A stretch of DNA of 31,570 nt from Nitrospinaceae bacterium (GTDB lineage: Bacteria > Nitrospinota > Nitrospinia > Nitrospinales > VA-1): assembly GCA_046754465.1 (NCBI GenBank), contig JBHHVU010000038.1, forward strand, positions 1-31,570. Reading direction: 5' to 3'. The translations under genes were made by a program, and so were the position numbers. A model generated the notes under the pieces. The model worked only from the letters and a program-made list of their open reading frames with translations, searched no databases and was not told where the DNA came from. This document shows, in pieces, positions 9,245 through 17,423 of this stretch (positions are counted from its first letter, which is position 1; the number at the start of each line of letters is the position of its first letter).

Positions 9245-9718
9245 ATGGAACCGGAAAATGAGGTGGAATCCGGAATCAGGGAAAAGGAAAATCGATTCCG
9301 GAGGAATTCCTTCTGGACCGCGATCATTTTAGCGTCGTCCGTCGTCATTTGGTATTACATCCATACCCCTCCCGATACGGAGGAGGTTCAAAGAATGCGT
9401 ATTTTCTTCAAGGAAAATATCATGGACGTGACGCACTTTCTCCGTCTCCCCCGCCAAGAGAAAATAGCCTTTGCCAACTCCAGGAAACATCCGTTTTACA
9501 AAAAATATATCAAGGCTTCCGAGGTGGAAAAAGCGCGCATCAAAAGTCTGGTCCATATTTCGTATAACTATACGCCTTACCAGTATTGGTTCAACCTGGC
9601 CTTTTTGTGGACCATATTTTTTGCCGCCTTCTGGTTCATTGGGTTGATGACCGAGGGAGCCGTTATTCTCGTCCGCAATGAAAAGGCCAAAAGAAAGGGA
9701 TCGGACAGGCATAAGTAA
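9245..9718 (+). CDS. Hypothetical membrane protein (2 TM)
   Basis: Hydrophobic segments FWTAIILASSVVIWYY and WFNLAFLWTIFFAAFWFIGLM; ATG at 9245 preferred over the longer in-frame extension. Confidence 0.7.
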   Translation: MEPENEVESGIREKENRFRRNSFWTAIILASSVVIWYYIHTPPDTEEVQRMRIFFKENIMDVTHFLRLPRQEKIAFANSRKHPFYKKYIKASEVEKARIKSLVHISYNYTPYQYWFNLAFLWTIFFAAFWFIGLMTEGAVILVRNEKAKRKGSDRHK

Positions 9719-9836
9719 ATGTTCCTTTCCGGTCCGTTTATTTTTTAATGCGCTGTCCGCCGGGAATCCCCGTTCGCCGGCCAAAGGGGGGGCTCCAGCG
9801 GACAGACCGGAGACGGTGGTGAGGGGTAAATATTCG

Positions 9837-11390
9837 ATGCGGAAAATCAGAACCTGTTCCACCGCCCTGGGACTGGGTCTTTTCATTTTTTCAATCCCGA
9901 TGGGTCCCGCCCCCGCGTATGCCGCAGAGTCAAGAAGCATCGAACGCTTGATCGAGGCTGCCGAACCGTTCGAGGGCCAGGAGCTTCTTTCCCGGCAAAG
10001 GCGGGAAAGGGTGGAAGAAGGAAAGGAGGTTTTCCGGCGCTATTGCGTCCACTGCCACGGTTCCCGGGGGAAAGGGGATGGCAGGGCTTCCCCGTACCTG
10101 TTTCCCCTGCCCAGGGATCTGACCCTGGGAATTTTCAAATTCCGTTCCACCAAAACCAATACCCTGCCGCTGGACCGGGACCTGGCGCGGACCATCCAGC
10201 GGGGGGTGCCCGGAACCGCCATGCCGGCCTGGAAAGACATCTTGCCGGAGGAAAGCCTTGGCCCCCTGATCGCCTATATCAAGACGTTTTCCGGCCGGTT
10301 CCAAATGGAAACCCCCAATATCGCCATCGACGCGGGGTTGGAGCCCCCCATGAATTCCCTCGCCATCGACGCGGGGAAGTCAATTTACCGGGAATTGCGC
10401 TGTTGGCGCTGCCATGGCAGGGAAGGGGAACGGGAAGGCCCCCTCGGGCAAAATTTGAAGGACAGTTGGGGAAACCCGTCCGCGGTTTATGATCTGGCTC
10501 AACCGTCTCTCTACAAGGGCGGAGCTTCCTCCCGCGATATCTACCGCACGCTGGCTTCCGGGATGGATGGCACCCCCATGAATGCTTATGATTATCTTTC
10601 GGAGGATGAAATCTGGCATCTCGTTCATTACCTCCAATCCCGGTTCGTCCGCCCCGGTCCCGCGGGCGACCCGTCCTCCGGGTCCAATCTCCTCACTTCT
10701 TACCGGGTGGAGGGGAAAATCGAACCCTCGCCCGATAACCCGTTGTGGAGGAAAATTCCTTTCACCCGGATTCCCCTGTTGCCGCTGAAGAGCGGGCCGG
10801 CCCCCCTGACCAGCCTTCGGGCCCAGTCAATCCATAATGGTCAAACCCTTGCCTTCCGGCTGCAATGGGCCGACCCGACGCCGGACGGGGCCTCGGCGGG
10901 AGCCCGATTTTTTCTGGATGCGGTGGCTCTGCAGTTCGCCCCACAAAAATCCCCGGTAAAGGGTGCACCCTTTTTCGGAATGGGGGAAAGGAACCGCCCC
11001 GTTCAAATTTGGCACTGGAGAGCGGATGCCACGCAAACCATCACGGGGCCGGCGCGGACATCGCTCTCCCCTTCGGAAGAAGATAAGAATTTGGCGGCGA
11101 GGTCCCTGGACCGTTTCCGGGAATCCCCCGTGGAGGAAATCGATGCCCGGGGTTTTGGAACCCTTTTGGTGCAGCCCCTGGAAGACCAGCAGGTCACGGG
11201 ACAGGGAACCTGGAAAGACGGGAACTGGATTGTGGTATTGGTTAGGGACCTGAAATCTCCCGGTCCGCGGGACATTCAGTTCCAGCCCCGGGAACCGGTC
11301 CTGGTCGCTGCCGCCCTTTGGGATGGAGCAAGAAAAGATAAAAACGCGAAGAAAAAAGTCAGCCTCTGGCAGGTATTGAAGCTGCAATGA
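9837..11390 (+). CDS. Diheme cytochrome c fused to ethylbenzene-dehydrogenase-gamma-type (DOMON-like) heme b domain
   Basis: Signal peptide (AYA-A). CVHCH...PRDL...GTAMPAW and CWRCH...GTPM are class I cytochrome c domains. C-terminal domain LAFRLQWADPT, DAVALQF, FFGMG, WHWRAD, ALWDG...KKKVSLW. Confidence 0.85.
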   Translation: MRKIRTCSTALGLGLFIFSIPMGPAPAYAAESRSIERLIEAAEPFEGQELLSRQRRERVEEGKEVFRRYCVHCHGSRGKGDGRASPYLFPLPRDLTLGIFKFRSTKTNTLPLDRDLARTIQRGVPGTAMPAWKDILPEESLGPLIAYIKTFSGRFQMETPNIAIDAGLEPPMNSLAIDAGKSIYRELRCWRCHGREGEREGPLGQNLKDSWGNPSAVYDLAQPSLYKGGASSRDIYRTLASGMDGTPMNAYDYLSEDEIWHLVHYLQSRFVRPGPAGDPSSGSNLLTSYRVEGKIEPSPDNPLWRKIPFTRIPLLPLKSGPAPLTSLRAQSIHNGQTLAFRLQWADPTPDGASAGARFFLDAVALQFAPQKSPVKGAPFFGMGERNRPVQIWHWRADATQTITGPARTSLSPSEEDKNLAARSLDRFRESPVEEIDARGFGTLLVQPLEDQQVTGQGTWKDGNWIVVLVRDLKSPGPRDIQFQPREPVLVAAALWDGARKDKNAKKKVSLWQVLKLQ

Positions 11391-11473
11391 ATCGCGGTCC
11401 ACTTTCTCCGGCCCGCCGCCGGGACCGAACTTCAACGAGAGGAATCCTCTTTTTCCGGGATTAAAAGGATTTT

Positions 11474-12265
11474 ATGGAACCCAATCAGATCCGGTTCAGC
11501 CTGTTTATGGGAATTTTCCTGGTGATGTTGTTGCTGGAGCGCTTGATTCCCCGGCACCCCCGGGTCGACTCCAAGCCCCGGCGGCTGGGAATCAACCTTG
11601 GCATTACGGGGCTGGATATCGTTTTGGTCCGGCTGGTGTTTGGCGCCGCCGCCGTGGGAGCCGCCCAGTTCACCCAGGACAAGGGATGGGGAATACTGAA
11701 CACCCTCGATCTGCCCACCGGTGTGGAAACAGCCGTTACGGTTGTTTTTCTGGATCTCATGATCTATATCCAGCACGTGGTCGTTCATATGATACCCATG
11801 TTCTGGCGGTTTCATATTGTTCATCATTCCGACCTGGACCTGGATGTTTCGTCGGGCTTGCGGTTCCATCCGGTGGAAATTCTGGCCTCGATGCTGTATA
11901 AAATCGGGTTGATATTCGCTCTCGGCCCGTCCCCGCTCGCGGTCCTGGTGTTCGAGGCGGTTCTCAACGGGATGGCCATGTTCAGCCATTCCAATATCAC
12001 CCTGCCGTTGTGGCTTGACAATGCCCTGCGCTGGGTGATCGTGACACCGGATATGCACCGGATTCACCATTCGGTGGAACTCAGGGAAACGAATTCCAAT
12101 TACGGTTTTAACCTGTCGATTTGGGATCGAATGCTGGGGACCTATATTCACAACGCCATGAGACCGCAACCGGCGATCGACATCGGGGTCCCGCCGTTTC
12201 GCCGCCCCGAAGACGTCGGGTTATGGAATCTGCTGCTCATCCCTTTCCGCAAACTTCCACGATGA
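11474..12265 (+). CDS. Sterol desaturase / fatty acid hydroxylase family protein
   Basis: His boxes HVVVH, HIVHH, RFHP, FSHSN, HRIHH and NSNYG. Confidence 0.92.
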   Translation: MEPNQIRFSLFMGIFLVMLLLERLIPRHPRVDSKPRRLGINLGITGLDIVLVRLVFGAAAVGAAQFTQDKGWGILNTLDLPTGVETAVTVVFLDLMIYIQHVVVHMIPMFWRFHIVHHSDLDLDVSSGLRFHPVEILASMLYKIGLIFALGPSPLAVLVFEAVLNGMAMFSHSNITLPLWLDNALRWVIVTPDMHRIHHSVELRETNSNYGFNLSIWDRMLGTYIHNAMRPQPAIDIGVPPFRRPEDVGLWNLLLIPFRKLPR

Positions 12266-12302
12266 ACAGAATATTCAAGGGAAAAATTTTTGGAGTGAAA
12301 AA

Positions 12303-13730
12303 TTGACGGTTCGCTTGACCAAGATCATTGCCACCCTGGGTCCCGGGACGGGGACCAAGGTCGGTATAAAAAGGCTGGTTCAAGCCGGGGTCGATGTATT
12401 TCGTCTCAACCTTTCCCACGGAAGCCACGAGATGGTGCGGCGATGGATTCGCTGGATCCGGGAGGTGGAAAAGGATATGAGTGCCTTTGTGGGTATTCTT
12501 TTGGATCTTCAGGGGCCGAAAATCCGGGTCGGGGAGTTTGAGGAGGGATCCATTCAGCTCAAAAAAGGGCAGAAGGTGGTATTGAGCACGAAAAAGGGGA
12601 TGGGTCATGGATCCTGGATTCCCGTTCAATACCGCCGGTTTCACAAGGAAGTGGAAAAGGGAAGCCATGTGTATCTGGACGACGGCAACCTGTGTGTCCG
12701 GGTCAACAAAATTTCTGGCCGGGAAGTGTTTGCGGAGGTGCGGACCGGCGGAAAACTGTCCAACTTCAAGGGCATCAATTTACCCGATACCATTATGAAG
12801 ACCAGTCCCTTGACGCCAAAGGACAAGAAGGATCTTGAATTTGGGTTGAAAGAGGGAGTGGATTTCGTGGCGTTGTCCTTTGTGGGCGCCGCGGCGGATA
12901 TCGTCGAGCTTCGCCGGTTGATCCATGCCGCGGGCAAGGAAACTGAAATCATCGCCAAGATTGAGCGCAAACGGGCGGTCGATAATCTGGAGGAAATTGT
13001 TGAGGCTTCCGATGGCGTGATGGTCGCCCGCGGGGACTTGGGTATTGAAATTCCCTTTGCGGAGGTTCCCGTCGTGCAACAGCAAATAATGCGGGCCTGC
13101 ACACGGCGGTGCAAACCGGTTATCGTGGCGACCCAAATGTTGGAGTCCATGATCTCCCATCCCCGGCCCACGCGCGCGGAGGTCTCGGATATTTCCAATT
13201 CCGTGATGTATTGCGCGGACGCAATCATGCTCTCCGGGGAAACCGCCGTTGGCAAATACCCGAAGGCCGCCGTGGATGTCATGAAGGAAACCGCCTTAAT
13301 TACCGAATCGTTTCAAAATCAATCCCAGCGTATTTCGCCCTGGAATTTATATTTTGAAGAAAGCCCCACTATCCACCGTGGAATCGCTTATTCCGCGAAT
13401 TCCCTGGTGGAAATATTGAATGCCAAGGCGCTAGTGGTGTTTACCTTGAGCGGCATGACCGCCAAAATGATTTCTTCCCATCATCCCATGGTTCCCATCT
13501 TCGCGTTCACTTCCGATCGGTCCCGGGCCAGGCGGTTGACTTTGCTTCGTGGGACGGTTCCCTTGTTTGTGGAGAAAGGCCAATTGTTTCTGGATAAGCT
13601 GGATCATTTGTTCCAGATATTGAAAAAACGCCGCTGGGTGAAAAAAAAGGACCGCGTGGTCCTTGTCACCGGAGTGCCTGTTGGGATTCCAAAAAAAACC
13701 AATGCGATCCGGGTGGAGGAAGTCCCCTGA
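12303..13730 (+). CDS. pyk: Pyruvate kinase
   Basis: TKIIATLGP, FRLNLSHG, DLQGPKIR, IIAKIE, DGVMVARGDLG, ATQMLESM, PTRAEVSD, MLSGETAVG. Confidence 0.97.
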   Translation: MTVRLTKIIATLGPGTGTKVGIKRLVQAGVDVFRLNLSHGSHEMVRRWIRWIREVEKDMSAFVGILLDLQGPKIRVGEFEEGSIQLKKGQKVVLSTKKGMGHGSWIPVQYRRFHKEVEKGSHVYLDDGNLCVRVNKISGREVFAEVRTGGKLSNFKGINLPDTIMKTSPLTPKDKKDLEFGLKEGVDFVALSFVGAAADIVELRRLIHAAGKETEIIAKIERKRAVDNLEEIVEASDGVMVARGDLGIEIPFAEVPVVQQQIMRACTRRCKPVIVATQMLESMISHPRPTRAEVSDISNSVMYCADAIMLSGETAVGKYPKAAVDVMKETALITESFQNQSQRISPWNLYFEESPTIHRGIAYSANSLVEILNAKALVVFTLSGMTAKMISSHHPMVPIFAFTSDRSRARRLTLLRGTVPLFVEKGQLFLDKLDHLFQILKKRRWVKKKDRVVLVTGVPVGIPKKTNAIRVEEVP

Positions 13731-13832
13731 CCGGGCCGGCGTCCACGGCGGAGGGGTATTCCTCCGATCCGGTATTTTCATTGGCGTGCGAAATTATTTC
13801 CCTTAAAGAGTAATCCTGATAAAATTCACACC

Positions 13833-14042
13833 ATGTCCCCCCGTTATTATATTGGAACCGCGATACTGGTGCTGGTCCTTACGGTATGCGTCAGCATTTG
13901 GAAACAGAAACGGACAGGGAAGGAAATTTTTATTGTTTTTTGCCAGGTGGTTTTTTCCCTGGCGTTGATCCTCGCCTTGGTGGCGGGGTTTGCCAGGCTT
14001 CTCGCGTTCCTGGGTATCGCCCAATCGGGGTTTATTTTGTGA
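13833..14042 (+). CDS. Small membrane protein (2 TM)
   Basis: 69 aa with two hydrophobic helices; extended -10 TGATAAAAT at 13817-13825. Confidence 0.6.
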   Translation: MSPRYYIGTAILVLVLTVCVSIWKQKRTGKEIFIVFCQVVFSLALILALVAGFARLLAFLGIAQSGFIL

Positions 14043-14269
14043 TGGGAGGCCGCATGGAATTTTCCCCGTTCATGTTCTTCATCCTGTTTCTGTCCTTTAT
14101 GGCAATTTCCTTTTTCATGGGGATGATGATTCATTCCGCCTTGATGTATGAGGATAAAAACAACATCAAGAAAGACAGCAAAAAAGCGTGGATTTTATGT
14201 ATGGTGGCGGGGACGGGAATTACCGGCTGGATGTTTTACTACGGATATTATGTGAATTTTATCAGGTGA
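14042..14269 (+). CDS. Small membrane protein (2 TM)
   Basis: TGATG overlap with the previous gene (alternative ATG at 14054 after GGAGG); two hydrophobic helices. Confidence 0.6.
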   Translation: MGGRMEFSPFMFFILFLSFMAISFFMGMMIHSALMYEDKNNIKKDSKKAWILCMVAGTGITGWMFYYGYYVNFIR

Positions 14270-14340
14270 AACCCCGGCTCAGGGATGGATGAGGCTTACC
14301 TTCTTTCCGCAAAGAAAACTCCTCCTCGATTCGCTTCCGG

Positions 14341-14691
14341 TTAACTGGAAAGAATGTCGACCAGCCTGGCACAGTCGCTTTTGTAAACGAGAATCTCTTC
14401 CTTTTCTTCTTCCGTCAAGTCATCGGCCATATTTTCATCGATCAATTCAATGGCATCGTTCAAGCCCCCGGCGACGATATCGAGGTCCGATTCGCTGAGG
14501 GCGTATAACGAAGAGTTCTGTTTGAGCTTTTCAAACACTCGGGAATATCTCATCTTAAAGTCATAAAGGGAGTCGCGCTTGTTACTGGGCAGGTCGCCCT
14601 TGAGTTCCGTGTTCATGTCGGAAATGGAATCGTTCAAAGCCATTTTTATGGTTTCAATATCTTTTTCACTGATCGATGCTAAAGATTTCAT
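14341..14691 (-). CDS. Hypothetical acidic helical protein made of two internal repeats
   Basis: ATG at 14691 preceded by GGGAG; the two halves align (ISEKDIETIKMALNDSI / LSESDLDIVAGGLNDAI). Confidence 0.75.
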   Translation of the reverse strand: MKSLASISEKDIETIKMALNDSISDMNTELKGDLPSNKRDSLYDFKMRYSRVFEKLKQNSSLYALSESDLDIVAGGLNDAIELIDENMADDLTEEEKEEILVYKSDCARLVDILSS

Positions 14692-14930
14692 TTTCTCCCT
14701 TCCTGGTGATAAAACGGGGTTCATCCTCCCGGGTGAATGCCGTCGAAATAAAATGTAAATGAGGTGAAACGATCAGGCGTCAGGAATCGGCCGCCTCTTT
14801 TTATAATAGCTCAAAATGCGCGGGAATTTTACGAGAAGTCAGGAAAAAAATGAAAATCACCGTGAAATCGGGAGTTTTGGGAGCTTATTTTTCCGCTGGA
14901 GGGGAGCCCGCCCAGGGGAGTGTCCCCATG

Positions 14931-14974
14931 AAAAAACCGGAGCGGACCGCGTGATCCCGGCCGCACCGGTTTTT
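14931..14974. terminator. Intrinsic terminator downstream of hsp20
   Basis: AAAAAACCGG...CCGGTTTTT GC-rich stem with A/T tails. Confidence 0.65.
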
Positions 14975-14992
14975 CCAAAAGGAGCGAGGCAT

Positions 14993-15436
14993 TCAGGCCG
15001 CGACCTTGATGTCGATTTTTCTGGGTTTCGCGGCCTCTTTTTTGGAAAGGGTCACCGTAAGGATGCCGTTCTCCAATTTGGCGTGGACCTTCTCGGTGTC
15101 GATTTGTTCACCCAGCCGGAACTTTCGATGAAAATTCCGGGGCCTGAACTCGCGGATGCGGTAGGTGACTCCAGCGTCTTCTTCCTTGTCCCGCGCATCG
15201 TGGCGCAGATGCAGCACGCCTTCGTGGATTTCGACCTGGATATCCCCGTCCCTCATTCCGGGCACCTCGGCCCGGAGAATGTATTCGCCCTCCGATTCCA
15301 GGACGTTGACCCGGGGCCAGGGGCCGGTCTCATTTTCCCAGAGGCGAATGGGCCGGAACGGACTAAATAATTTATCGAAATCCTCGTTGAAAAAGGATGA
15401 AATTTCTTTTCCTGGGGTAAAGGTATCGAGATTCAT
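14993..15436 (-). CDS. Hsp20/alpha-crystallin small heat-shock protein
   Basis: PRVNVLE, AEVPG, FHRKFRL, HAKLENGILTVTLSK, PRKIDI; GGAGA SD before ATG at 15436. Confidence 0.93.
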   Translation of the reverse strand: MNLDTFTPGKEISSFFNEDFDKLFSPFRPIRLWENETGPWPRVNVLESEGEYILRAEVPGMRDGDIQVEIHEGVLHLRHDARDKEEDAGVTYRIREFRPRNFHRKFRLGEQIDTEKVHAKLENGILTVTLSKKEAAKPRKIDIKVAA

Positions 15437-15702
15437 GGTGGTTTCTCCAATAATTAGCAACTGTTAAAAGAAGGGGTCATGACCTCGTTGGTTGCGCGCT
15501 TCAACTTGTTTAAGAAATAAAATGGGATGCGGTCCGTGTCAAGTGGAGCGGAAAGATTTTTGCAAGCCGGGCCAGGCGGGCCGGGGAGAAGTGCCCGGAA
15601 AAGGCGAAACGCCTTTGATCCGGGTGAATCGGGAAATGGGGAAAAATGGGATCCCCTCATCCCAGCCTGCCACCTCGCGGGTGCACCCCCTGGGAGAAGG
15701 AG

Positions 15703-15830
15703 TGAACTTACCTTGGAATTGTGGACACGAAAAAAATAAGGATAATGTACTTGGAGGTGTCTATGGGAATTAAACGGCGGAGTTTTTCTAGGAGTTCAAG
15801 GTCCAGGCGGGAAGGATGGCCCTCCAGTGA
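15703..15830 (+). mobile_element. IS3-family remnant: left inverted repeat plus frameshifted, truncated orfA start
   Basis: TGAACTTACCTTGGAATTGTGGACACG resembles IS3-family IRL (TG...GTGGACAC). GGAGG-ATG at 15763 gives MGIKRRSFS/[frameshift]EFKVQAGRMAL*, like the OrfA N-terminus. Confidence 0.7.
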
Positions 15831-15894
15831 AAATTATGCCGATTTCATAAGATACATTTATTAAATTATTCATGACAATTGAAAGCAAGGAATC

Positions 15895-15923
15895 TTGATT
15901 TGTACGGCAATTTACCGTACAAT
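15895..15923 (+). promoter_or_regulatory. TA promoter with palindromic operator
   Basis: TTGATT-17 nt-TACAAT overlapped by the perfect inverted repeat TTGTACGG-N7-CCGTACAA (15900-15922). Confidence 0.8.
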
Positions 15924-15947
15924 TTAAATAAAAAGGAAAAGCAGACC

Positions 15948-16238
15948 ATGAAGACGATTGACGCAAAAAATCCGAAAATGGCCCGGCTTGAAGCCAGGGT
16001 TTCCGTCGATGAAAAGAAACTCTTCCAACATGCCGCCGCGCTTCAAGGCCGGTCCTTGACCGAATTCATTGTAAATTGCGCCCATGATGCCGCCAAAAGA
16101 ACCGTTCAAGAGCATGAAATCATGGAATTGAGTGCCAGGGACCGGAAGGTTTTTGTTGCGGCTCTTCTGACGCCCCCCGCTCCCGGGAAACGACTTAAGA
16201 AGGCCGCGAAGCGTTATAAGGGTGCCATGGGCATTTGA
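15948..16238 (+). CDS. DUF1778 RHH antitoxin (TacA/AtaR family)
   Basis: ARLEARV...LFQHAAALQGRSLTEFI...LSARDRKVFVAALLTPPAPGKRLKKA. Confidence 0.92.
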   Translation: MKTIDAKNPKMARLEARVSVDEKKLFQHAAALQGRSLTEFIVNCAHDAAKRTVQEHEIMELSARDRKVFVAALLTPPAPGKRLKKAAKRYKGAMGI

Positions 16239-16759
16239 TGGGCCAGGGAAAGAGGGAAGCATCCTATTCAATTGAGCCGCTCGGCCGGCATCATGACCGT
16301 GCGGCTTTTTCATGCGGTAAGGAGGCCCTGGACCGGTATATCAAGAAGCAGGCCCGCCAGGATGCCAAGCGACATTATGCGGCCCCCTTTGTTCTTGTAG
16401 AGAAAGGTGAAAAAAATATTTTAGGGTATTACACGCTCTCCTCTTTCGGGATTCGTTTGGATGAATTGCCCGGGGAAATAGTTAAAAAGTTTCCCCCTTA
16501 TCCCATCGTTCCGGCTACGCTCCTGGGGCGGTTGGCGGTTGATGAAGGTCATCATGGAAAAGGATTGGGGGAATTGCTTCTTATGGATGCCTTGCATCGC
16601 TCCTTGGATCAGGCCGATGTGATTGGCTCGACCGCCGTGGTGGTGGAGGCAATGGATAAAGAAGCTTTTGAGTTTTACGAAAACTTCGATTTTCTTCCTT
16701 TTCCGGATCGCCGAGACCGTCTCTTCCTGCCCATGAAAACCATTCTTAAATTATTTTAA
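16238..16759 (+). CDS. GNAT acetyltransferase toxin (TacT/AtaT family)
   Basis: HDRAAFSCGKEALDRY, ILGYYTL, PATLLGRLAVD, HGKGLG, AFEFYENFDF; TGATG coupling to the antitoxin. Confidence 0.92.
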   Translation: MGQGKREASYSIEPLGRHHDRAAFSCGKEALDRYIKKQARQDAKRHYAAPFVLVEKGEKNILGYYTLSSFGIRLDELPGEIVKKFPPYPIVPATLLGRLAVDEGHHGKGLGELLLMDALHRSLDQADVIGSTAVVVEAMDKEAFEFYENFDFLPFPDRRDRLFLPMKTILKLF

Positions 16760-16830
16760 ATTCCCAAACCAGCCGCAATAAAGATCGAATCTCTTCTGAA
16801 GTTCGGGTGAATTTCTTAAGGCGGTAATTC

Positions 16831-16867
16831 CCAGGGTATTGGCAATTATCCCTGGTCAAGATACAAT
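16831..16867 (+). promoter_or_regulatory. hicBA promoter with overlapping imperfect inverted repeat
   Basis: TTGGCA-17 nt-TACAAT (16839-16867); CCAGGG...CCCTGG arms (16831-16855) flank the -35. Confidence 0.55.
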
Positions 16868-16896
16868 AAAGGCTAATTTTCGTGGAAGGAACTATC

Positions 16897-17097
16897 ATGA
16901 AACTGCATATTTTGATCGAACAGGACGAAAAGGGTTTTTATGTCGCCGAAGCGCCTGCCCTGCCCGGTTGCCTGTCCCAGGGGAAAACCCGCGAGGAAGC
17001 GTTGGCCAACATCAAGGAAGCGGTCCAAGGCTGGCTGGAAGTCATGGAGTCCAAGCAAACATTGAATCCCGCCCACCTGATTGAAATTTCAATCTGA
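16897..17097 (+). CDS. hicB: Short HicB-family antitoxin without C-terminal DNA-binding domain
   Basis: EQDEKGFYVAEAPALPGCLSQGKTREEALANIKEAV; 66 aa. Confidence 0.9.
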   Translation: MKLHILIEQDEKGFYVAEAPALPGCLSQGKTREEALANIKEAVQGWLEVMESKQTLNPAHLIEISI

Positions 17098-17318
17098 TGG
17101 GCGAACGTTTGCCCGTCCTTTCGGGTGCAGTGGCCGTCAAAAAGCTGGAACGGGCGGGATGGACCGTGGTTCGACAGAAAGGATCGCACATCATGATGAC
17201 TAAACTGGAATACGAATATACTCTTTCCATCCCGCAACACAAAGAGTTGTGACCGGGGCTCTTAAAAAAACTCCTCCGGCAGGCCAATTTGACTTCAGAT
17301 GAGTTTTCCCGCCTTTAG
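17097..17318 (+). pseudogene. hicA: HicA toxin interrupted by an in-frame TGA at codon 52
   Basis: Manual translation: MGERLPVLSGAVAVKKLERAGWTVVRQKGSHIMMTKLEYEYTLSIPQHKEL*PGLLKKLLRQANLTSDEFSRL; TGA at 17250-17252. Confidence 0.88.
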
Positions 17319-17330
17319 TGTTTACAAAAC

Positions 17331-17368
17331 AAAAGGGCCTGATCCAATAGGCCAAGCCCCTGGTTTTT
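17331..17368. terminator. Hairpin/terminator between hicA and the tRNA 3' trailer
   Basis: AAAAGGGCCTGA...CAAGCCCCTGGTTTTT imperfect stem with T tracts on both strands. Confidence 0.45.
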
Positions 17369-17388
17369 CAATTAGAAATTAAGGAATA

Positions 17389-17423
17389 CCCTCAACCCGC
17401 CTCTCCCTAAAAGGGAGAGGGGA
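17389..17423. repeat. REP-like palindrome
   Basis: CCCTCAACCCG-CCTCTCCC-TAAAA-GGGAGAGG-GG hairpin; related degenerate motifs at 15655-15702 and 17653-17670. Confidence 0.45.

Noticed and set aside
15500..15545. CIRCE or sigma32 promoter for hsp20
   Set aside because: No CIRCE repeat. The TTGACA-to-CCCAT spacing (10 nt) is too short for sigma32; only a weak sigma70-like TTGACA-17-TATTTC is present.
17250..17252. Selenocysteine or recoded TGA in hicA
   Set aside because: The position is not a Cys site in HicA, and TGA is used as a normal stop in many genes in this window
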